Shown: one piece after another, positions 47,370-53,686 of the stretch
Numbering within the stretch: position 1 is the stretch's first letter
Layout of the letters: each line of letters opens with the position of its first letter
Translations under genes and position numbers: made by a program
DNA from: a virus
Lineage: Duplodnaviria > Caudoviricetes
Direction: 5' to 3' (one strand)
Length of the DNA: 53,686 bases
IMG/VR virus record: IMGVR_UViG_3300036822_000287
Coordinates: 1-53,686 of that record
Notes under the pieces: generated by a model
Told to the model about the DNA's origin: nothing
The model's database searches: none
The model's input: the letters and a program-made list of their open reading frames with translations, nothing else

Positions 47370-48106
47370 AGCAGGTTGTTCAATAGCATCAGGTCAGGGA
47401 ACAGAAAATGCTCCACCATAAACGGCAGCTCGATACTGGTCTGGTTTATCAGGTGCGGTGTGCCGCCGTCGGTACTGAGGGTGCCGAACTTCATTGTGCT
47501 GGCAGCAGTACCTGCCATGACCACGTCGGTGAAGTGGTAGCCCCATTTCTCCATGGAGAAGCTGCGGGCTGTGATGTGGTCGCGTACCACCGGGCGACGG
47601 GTGCGCATTGCGGCGTTTATGGTGCAGCCATTAACCGTATAAGGCTGGTGGAGCGGCACAATACCGTTTTCATCAATCAGGTTACGTATCTGCTCCTGAG
47701 TCATCGGGTGCTTTGTGCCTTTGCCCATCAGGGCGTTAACCCGCAGCAGGTCGTCGTAGTCGAAATTATCAATAATCATATCTACCGGCAGGACAATGTC
47801 TTCCACCAGACCCGGCGTGCTTCCCTCGTCGGTATGTTTGCCGAAGCGCAATACCAGCGAGGCGATATAGCTCACCACCACGTCCATGCTCTCAGCGCCG
47901 AACTCTTCCATGCTGTAGCGGCAGGCGCTGACCCGGTCTTTTATGGTCGGAATGCGAATGCGGCGGGCGGCATCAATCCGTTTTTTGTCCGGCAGATTAA
48001 GGTCGTATTGCAGTAGCAGGCGCGTCAGTTCCTGCGACTCGCTGACCTCTGGCTTGTTTTCTTTTTCTGGCTCTTTGGCGGCGGTCTTATTTGTGGCTTT
48101 GGTCAT
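47327..48106 (-). CDS. Tail assembly chaperone with an internally duplicated domain
   Basis: Directly upstream of the tape measure gene; two R.P..RD..A..SME..G..FG..LP..D repeats. Confidence 0.65.
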   Translation of the reverse strand: MTKATNKTAAKEPEKENKPEVSESQELTRLLLQYDLNLPDKKRIDAARRIRIPTIKDRVSACRYSMEEFGAESMDVVVSYIASLVLRFGKHTDEGSTPGLVEDIVLPVDMIIDNFDYDDLLRVNALMGKGTKHPMTQEQIRNLIDENGIVPLHQPYTVNGCTINAAMRTRRPVVRDHITARSFSMEKWGYHFTDVVMAGTAASTMKFGTLSTDGGTPHLINQTSIELPFMVEHFLFPDLMLLNNLLVKTQASSVSGAKP

Positions 48107-48136
48107 GACTTATTTCCGAAGGGGTTATTTGACTCC

Positions 48137-48202
48137 AGTGTAATGCAGCTTATTTAGCAAGCTGGCAGTACTGCCACATCGCTATTTGCCCGGTGCTACC
48201 AT
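48137..48202. promoter_or_regulatory. Bidirectional late promoter centred on palindrome TGGCAGTACTGCCA (48163-48176)
   Basis: TACCAT (48197, +) and TACACT (48142-48137, -), each 20 bp from the palindrome. Confidence 0.72.
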
Positions 48203-48227
48203 CACTTCATCATTTAAAGAGGTGCTT

Positions 48228-48782
48228 ATGATTCCGGGAATTATTAGCGGGAATAAAAACCTGAAAGCAGTGAGTGACATCAGTCGCAAAGAGATGGCGT
48301 CCCTGATGCCGCTTATTCGCAAGCTGGTCATTCTTGATATCGACAACGTGGAGCCGCAATTCCTGCCGTATCTGGCGGCATGGTTTCGGGTGGAGTACTG
48401 GGATACCACCTGGACGGTGGAGCAGCAGCGCGAGAAGGTCAAAGGTGCGCTGGCGGTGTTTCGCAAGCTGGGCACTCCTGCTGCCGTGGAAGAGACGCTG
48501 ACCTTCCTGACCGAAGTCTACGGCTATCCGTTATCGCTCACCGAGTGGTTCGATATGCAGCCCGAAGGCACGCGTGGCACTTTTATGATTAATACCGACA
48601 CAGGGCAAGATGGCTTTGTCATGGATGACGCTTTCTACGAAAAGCTGTTTGCCGGTGTCGAGCGGAATAAGCGCGGTTCACAGCACTGGGGCTTTCGCAT
48701 CCAGGGCAATGTCACCGGAGAATGTTATGCAGGCAGTTATTTATATTCGTCTGAATTTTGCAGGGTAATCAGCAATGAGTGA
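48228..48782 (+). CDS. Tail protein I (P2 gpI-like)
   Basis: LPYLA..F.V..W, R.LGT..AV..L, EWF and K..S.H motifs. Confidence 0.87.
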   Translation: MIPGIISGNKNLKAVSDISRKEMASLMPLIRKLVILDIDNVEPQFLPYLAAWFRVEYWDTTWTVEQQREKVKGALAVFRKLGTPAAVEETLTFLTEVYGYPLSLTEWFDMQPEGTRGTFMINTDTGQDGFVMDDAFYEKLFAGVERNKRGSQHWGFRIQGNVTGECYAGSYLYSSEFCRVISNE

Positions 48783-50217
48783 TGAAAAGTATTACGCCAT
48801 TCTGACCGACCTCGGTCAGCAACTCATTACCGCCGCCTATCAGGCGGGAGAAGTGGTCACCATCACGCAGATGGCTTTTGGTGATGCAGGTCAGGTCTAT
48901 GTAGCACCGGACCCGGCAATGACAGCGCTGGTGAGTCAGACAGACATTTTGCCACTGGTTCGAGGACCGCAGGCAGAAGACATTATCGGTGGCGGGATTG
49001 ATATTTTATCGGATGATTACCCTGACTCATGGATATATGAGGTGGGTTTATTTGACGCTGATGGCAATTTAATTATTTATGCCAGCTATCCACCGACATT
49101 AATACCACCCTCCACTGACAGCGTTAAAAAAGGCGTGTCGCTGGATATCGGGATGGTTATGTCGGCCACTGACAATATCACTGTCTATGTCGATCCAAAG
49201 ATTGAAGCTCTGACACGGGAAGTTGCAGACACGTTGTATCTGCAAATCACTAACAATCTGTCAGAAATTGCCGACCAGGGCGCGGACGCTCAGGGCGAAG
49301 CGCGAGAGAGCATCGGCTGCGGTACGGCGGCAACTCACGATGTGACCGAGTCGTACCGAGACTCTACGCCTGGTCGGGTTATGCTGAACGGTGATCATGG
49401 GCTGGGTGGGCCTGAGGTTAATGTTGCTGATGGTTCCGATATTTATAACTTTTTCGCAACGGCAGTATCTGGGAATTATGGTGGCGGTAGTGATTTAATT
49501 AATGTCGTGACATCTGGCTATCGTTGCTTTAAATGGCAGCAACACGGCGGTGGCAATCTGTACGGGATATTGATTGAGACAGGTAGTACTTCGGGTCAAA
49601 TGGCGATCCATGTTTATAACAATCCCACTGGGGATATGGCAACACCTGAAAAATACTGGACAAACACAGGGATTTTCTATTCGCCGAAAAATAAGCCGAC
49701 TGCTGTTGATGTTAACGCCCTTCCGCTTAGTAAATCAGGACTCGCAATTGATTTAAATACGCTTGGGGCGAACTCCAGCGCGGGTATTTATTATCAACCA
49801 GCAAGTGCTAACGCAACTACTGCCAACAATTATCCCATTCAGGAAGCAGGAACGCTGCTTGTTACGCCAAGCGCCTATGGCTCACAGCAGGAATACACGG
49901 CATTTGGGACCGGTCGGAAATTCTTCCGTGGACTGACTGGTAATTTCAGCACGAACGGGCCATGGCATGACTGGATTGAATACATAACCGACGCAACCTC
50001 AAATTCTAAATTTGTGCAGGGCGTGCAGTTGGGGGCGGAGTCGTCAATGGCAGCCAGCGGCGGTTCCGGAGATTCTCAAACTGCAAAAGTCCCGGCAGGC
50101 AATGCGGTGACCGGGACGCACTCAAACTACAACGACAGCAACTGGGAGCTGGATACCCTTTATTTTAAGCCGATTCAGGAGGACGTGAATGGCACGTGGA
50201 AAACAATTGAAGGCTGA
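48775..50217 (+). CDS. Tail fibre (P2 gpH-like)
   Basis: YYAILT..G, MAFGD and EVGLFD.DG.LI N-terminal motifs; pyocin-knob-like GIYYQ..NYP..AG.L.V; C-terminal Y.KPIQ..NG.W. Confidence 0.88.
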   Translation: MSDEKYYAILTDLGQQLITAAYQAGEVVTITQMAFGDAGQVYVAPDPAMTALVSQTDILPLVRGPQAEDIIGGGIDILSDDYPDSWIYEVGLFDADGNLIIYASYPPTLIPPSTDSVKKGVSLDIGMVMSATDNITVYVDPKIEALTREVADTLYLQITNNLSEIADQGADAQGEARESIGCGTAATHDVTESYRDSTPGRVMLNGDHGLGGPEVNVADGSDIYNFFATAVSGNYGGGSDLINVVTSGYRCFKWQQHGGGNLYGILIETGSTSGQMAIHVYNNPTGDMATPEKYWTNTGIFYSPKNKPTAVDVNALPLSKSGLAIDLNTLGANSSAGIYYQPASANATTANNYPIQEAGTLLVTPSAYGSQQEYTAFGTGRKFFRGLTGNFSTNGPWHDWIEYITDATSNSKFVQGVQLGAESSMAASGGSGDSQTAKVPAGNAVTGTHSNYNDSNWELDTLYFKPIQEDVNGTWKTIEG

Positions 50218-50803
50218 GTCGTTGCGGAATATCAAAAACTTTACGGTGTACGAACCCAACCCGGAACAACGTGCAGCTGACCTTGCGACTACAGGCAAGC
50301 GCTACCGCTATCTGGTCTCAGAGGATGGTCTGGACTGGTATGACTGCCAGCAGCTCTTCAGTGACCAGACGGTGAAGGTGATGTACGACGCAAATAATGT
50401 GGTTCGTGCAGTTGTGGCAGAACCAGTTCCGCAGCGCGGGAATGTGTACGCCGTCTCGATGTTCTTCCCGCTGAACATGAGCGTGGCAGAGATTGGCGGC
50501 ACTATCCCTGAAGGTTTTGAGCTGAATACCGGCTCCTGGCTATTTGACGGTCAGGTGGTCTATCAGGATGCAGCACTGCTGGCGACATACACTCTGTGGC
50601 AGAACCAGAAAGGGCTGTCAGCCCGCCTGTCGAAAGCTGCTGGCTTTGCGTTTGCTATTCAGTCCAGTGCGGCTGTCGGCAATCCTCGCGATGGTGACAG
50701 CAATCACCTGCTGAAACTCCAGGAGTACGCTGATGAATTACGCGACGTTGACCTGACCGCCACTGAGCCAGTGTGGCCTGCGATACCTTCTTTTATTCAG
50801 TAA
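50189..50803 (+). CDS. Tail fibre assembly protein
   Basis: IKNF..Y, SEDG.DWY..Q..F, S..FP..SV.E and L..VD...P.WP..P motifs. Confidence 0.85.
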   Translation: MARGKQLKAESLRNIKNFTVYEPNPEQRAADLATTGKRYRYLVSEDGLDWYDCQQLFSDQTVKVMYDANNVVRAVVAEPVPQRGNVYAVSMFFPLNMSVAEIGGTIPEGFELNTGSWLFDGQVVYQDAALLATYTLWQNQKGLSARLSKAAGFAFAIQSSAAVGNPRDGDSNHLLKLQEYADELRDVDLTATEPVWPAIPSFIQ

Positions 50804-50835
50804 AGGGCGTTTAAACGCTGTTTAAAGGTAATGAA

Positions 50836-51762
50836 ATGAATGACTCAAACAATCACGAACCCTGCATTGCCAGTTGCGTACGGCGACTTCTGACGAAGCG
50901 CCCGGAGCCTCACTTCTTCACGCCACATCCGGCTCATGCTGCACCGGCGTTGAAGGGGTTCTCTATGGAGGCTTTCCTGACACGCCTGAACGCGGTGTGG
51001 TTTGACGGCAGCATGAACGATATACAGCGCCAGTGCCTGACGGTCTTTGCCTCTGCGTATCTGCTTTATACCCGCGTGCTGGGGCGGGATGTTCCGGTGA
51101 GCTGGCTGGCCTACGGTCTGGCCACGGCGTATCACGAAACCGCTTTCACCATGAAGCCCATTGCTGAATATGGCAAAGGTGCTGGCTATCCGTATGGCGA
51201 GCCTGACCCGACAACCGGGCAGGTTTACTACGGTCGTGGGCTGGTGCAGTTGACCTGGCTCGCCAATTACCAGAAAGCACAACTGGCGGTTATCAACCCG
51301 GCCACGATGCAGCTGGATGTTCCTCTGGTGAACAACCCGGACCTTGCTCTCAATCCGTTTTATGCCGCTCAAATTCTGATTAGCGGTATGTCGGAAGGCT
51401 GGTTTACGGGCAGGAAGTTCAGCGATTACCTAACTGATACCAAAACGGACTACGTCGGTGCCCGCTACATCATCAACGGGCAGGATAAAGCACAACCCAT
51501 TGCGGCCTACGCAACTGAAGGCGAGGACGCTGTCCAGCTTGCTTTAGGTATGGGCATCACCCGCAGTACCATTCAGAACGGCAGCAAAGGCACTGATGCC
51601 TGTGAGCTGCAACTGATGCTGGGCTGTGACCCGGACGGTATTGCCGGGAACAATACCATCAGCGCCTTGATGGACTTCCAGCGCAACAACAATCTGGATC
51701 CAGACGGTATTTGCGGCACGCAAAGCTGGGCCGCGCTTGATAAGGAGATTAACCACGTATGA
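50836..51762 (+). CDS. Endolysin: GH19/chitinase-like domain plus C-terminal peptidoglycan-binding domain
   Basis: LATA.HET, YYGRG.VQLTW..NY and AR.IING motifs; DGI.G..T repeats; start may be at 50965. Confidence 0.87.
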   Translation: MNDSNNHEPCIASCVRRLLTKRPEPHFFTPHPAHAAPALKGFSMEAFLTRLNAVWFDGSMNDIQRQCLTVFASAYLLYTRVLGRDVPVSWLAYGLATAYHETAFTMKPIAEYGKGAGYPYGEPDPTTGQVYYGRGLVQLTWLANYQKAQLAVINPATMQLDVPLVNNPDLALNPFYAAQILISGMSEGWFTGRKFSDYLTDTKTDYVGARYIINGQDKAQPIAAYATEGEDAVQLALGMGITRSTIQNGSKGTDACELQLMLGCDPDGIAGNNTISALMDFQRNNNLDPDGICGTQSWAALDKEINHV

Positions 51763-51935
51763 AACGACTGGTTGCAGCGTTGCTGACCCTGCTGCTCGGT
51801 GGCTGTTCTGCCACCATGGTCAGCTACTCATCCGGCACCGGGCAAACGGATTGCCCGCCGGTCGTTAGTGTGCACAGCATTGGCGGCAGCGTAACAGTGA
51901 CAGACGGCGCAGAATGTAAGGCAGGCCATAAATGA
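51759..51935 (+). CDS. Small lipoprotein (58 aa, absent from the ORF track)
   Basis: AAGGAG upstream; ATGA overlaps at both ends; MKRLVAALLTLLLGGC lipobox. Confidence 0.7.
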   Translation: MKRLVAALLTLLLGGCSATMVSYSSGTGQTDCPPVVSVHSIGGSVTVTDGAECKAGHK

Positions 51936-52117
51936 AGAAAATGATTTTATCCCTTGCGGTTGCTACGGCGGCCTGCACGTTGATTGCCTGCTCTAACATC
52001 ATCACCTATTACCGGCATGATGAATCGAAGGGAAATGTGCAGTGCAGCAGCGACAAGGCATTGAAGCGCGACAGCGTATGCAATGCTCATGCAGGTACTG
52101 AGCAACAGAAACAGTAA
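51932..52117 (+). CDS. Small lipoprotein
   Basis: MKK-hydrophobic-LIAC lipobox and two further Cys. Confidence 0.7.
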   Translation: MKKMILSLAVATAACTLIACSNIITYYRHDESKGNVQCSSDKALKRDSVCNAHAGTEQQKQ

Positions 52118-52153
52118 ACACTCCGCAAGCCAGAAGCTCACAGAAGAGGCAAC

Positions 52154-52405
52154 ATGAAAACACAAACGCTTGATATCGACAAGAGTTGGGTGGCAGTACT
52201 GACCGGCCCAACAGACAAGGCGGTCACGATGACCACGGCACAGACTGATATCTGGCTGGCGGTGGACAGCGAGACACCGGTTGATGAAACCGGTCATCTG
52301 CTGGTGCGGGGATTGTCTGTTCTGGTCAGTCTGGATGAGGGAGAAGTGCTGTATGCCCGCGCGGCTTCAGCTTTCGCTCACAGCCTTCTGGCATTCACGT
52401 CCTGA
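52154..52405 (+). CDS. Hypothetical small beta-rich virion-type protein
   Basis: GAGG RBS; P...GH.L..G..L..GE.LYAR pattern. Confidence 0.6.
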   Translation: MKTQTLDIDKSWVAVLTGPTDKAVTMTTAQTDIWLAVDSETPVDETGHLLVRGLSVLVSLDEGEVLYARAASAFAHSLLAFTS

Positions 52406-52417
52406 GCAGGTGGCACA

Positions 52418-53686
52418 ATGGCAACGTTAATTTTTCAGGGGGCAATGGCGCTCCGCAGCAAAGCCGGCTCACCAGTCGGCTCGGGCCTTCAGACCGTGGA
52501 TGGTATCGGTGGGGATGAAAACGGTAACGCTCAGCTCAATGCCGACAGCTACTGCGGTACATGGCAAAGCGGCACAACCTACCGGCTCAATAACATCGTC
52601 TCAGAAACAGTGAATGGCATACCTGGCCTGTTTGTGTGCCTTGTTGCTTCCTCATCAGCTGAACCATCAGGTAGTAGTGACTGGCGACGTATAGCAGGCT
52701 CAGCCAGCGCGATTGACGGCGTTTCTGCGGGCAGTGATGGCATCATCCTGTATAACCGCACTCAGGATGTAACGGCGGAAACCGTCACGCCATCGTTCAA
52801 TGGCGAGCTGTCGCAAACGCTGAACATTACGTCCAGTACTGAAGTTAACGTCAGCGGCCTGGCTAATACGTTATTCAATACGAACCCGGCGGCAGCATTG
52901 CATCTGGTTATCAGCGCAACAGATGCACTGAGCGTGACTTTTACGGGCAGCGATAACTACTGGCTCCCTGACGGCACCTACAGCACCGAACCACCGACCT
53001 TTGATCTGGATGGTACTGTTTCGCTGACATTGCTTGAGGTATCCCTCGTCACGAACTCCACCGCCCCCGGTGTGTTGATTCGACAGGCTTACCCCATTAT
53101 TGCGTCTGGTGGCGAGGGTGGTGGTATCACCTCTGTCGATGGACATTATCCTGATGCATCAGGTGCCGTAGAAACGGGGGCGTATTCTCCCGATAATCCT
53201 CCACCTCTCACGCTGCCGGTGTTCGGTATGCCCGGAGCCTCTGGGTTTTTCATCTGCTCAGACACTGCCGCCCTGACGCCGTCTGATACCACATCGGGAA
53301 GCAAGCTAAGGTATGCGGGAATTAATGACGGGGAAACCCCGCTGGTGCCGTACGCTAACAATACCCCACCGGGAACATGGCAGATGAGAGGGTATGTGTC
53401 CTCCTCGGTTGATTCGACTCGGGAAGCGACCATGTTTATACGCATTGATGGCACGAACCTGGTATCGGCGAAGCAACTCCTACAGGCTGTCAGTATCAAT
53501 GAGCGCGTCCGGGATTGTCGTTACAGCTCAGCTGATGAAAGTACCATTGATTGTGAGGTGCTGGTTAACGGAACCTGGTATCCATTCACAGCAGCGGCAG
53601 ATGATTTGACGCATTACGGACCGTTGATTTATGAAAGTGCAGTGAGTGGAAACTATGGAGAGGTTGCTGCCTATTCGGAAGGATGA
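52418..53686 (+). CDS. Second fibre/appendage-like protein
   Basis: TVDGI.GD.NGN repeat, CBM5/12-like W.SGTTY..EP...W, PPGTW..RG, and C-terminal IDCEV..W.PFTA..D..G..IY...G.YG module. Confidence 0.6.
   Translation: MATLIFQGAMALRSKAGSPVGSGLQTVDGIGGDENGNAQLNADSYCGTWQSGTTYRLNNIVSETVNGIPGLFVCLVASSSAEPSGSSDWRRIAGSASAIDGVSAGSDGIILYNRTQDVTAETVTPSFNGELSQTLNITSSTEVNVSGLANTLFNTNPAAALHLVISATDALSVTFTGSDNYWLPDGTYSTEPPTFDLDGTVSLTLLEVSLVTNSTAPGVLIRQAYPIIASGGEGGGITSVDGHYPDASGAVETGAYSPDNPPPLTLPVFGMPGASGFFICSDTAALTPSDTTSGSKLRYAGINDGETPLVPYANNTPPGTWQMRGYVSSSVDSTREATMFIRIDGTNLVSAKQLLQAVSINERVRDCRYSSADESTIDCEVLVNGTWYPFTAAADDLTHYGPLIYESAVSGNYGEVAAYSEG

Larger units (their letters stand above)
17228..53686 (+). 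mobile_element. Mu-like transposable prophage (right end beyond the window)
   Basis: repressor-ner-A-B block, DUF3164, GemA, and complete head, contractile tail and endolysin genes; TG end candidate at 17228. Confidence 0.93.

Noticed and set aside
1-53686. CRISPR arrays, tRNA/rRNA genes, reverse transcriptase/DGR, invertase
   Set aside because: No repeat-spacer periodicity, RNA gene signature, RT motif or recombinase ORF was seen by eye; short structured RNAs cannot be excluded without a covariance search.

Overview
Enterobacterales-type chromosomal window with three parts. (1) 1-3.1 kb: end of a chaperone-usher fimbrial operon (frameshifted StbD-like adhesin plus chaperone) and an IS3 scar. 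(2) 3.4-15.6 kb: an intact, tightly coupled 15-gene contractile-tail operon (DUF4054 adaptor, closure, terminator, DUF3383 sheath, DUF3277 tube, chaperone with a -1 frameshift, short tape measure, full baseplate, fibre). It has no capsid, portal, terminase, integrase, regulator or lysis genes, and a second paralogous fibre gene lies upstream. It is surrounded by decayed IS2/IS3/IS903 scars and a mig-14 pseudogene, and is the best candidate for an undescribed tailocin-like or head-less tail system. (3) 17.2 kb to the window end: a Mu-like transposable prophage (repressor, ner, A, B) with P2-like tail genes rearranged into divergent late units. A perfect 14-bp palindrome, TGGCAGTACTGCCA, lies exactly 20 bp from a -10-like hexamer at all five late unit starts, twice as a bidirectional promoter. 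The prophage also carries an ImmA/IrrE peptidase plus 2TM gene pair, a late DNA methyltransferase, an Ig-decorated sheath and an atypical lysis cassette. Family assignments come from motif recognition and synteny, not database searches.
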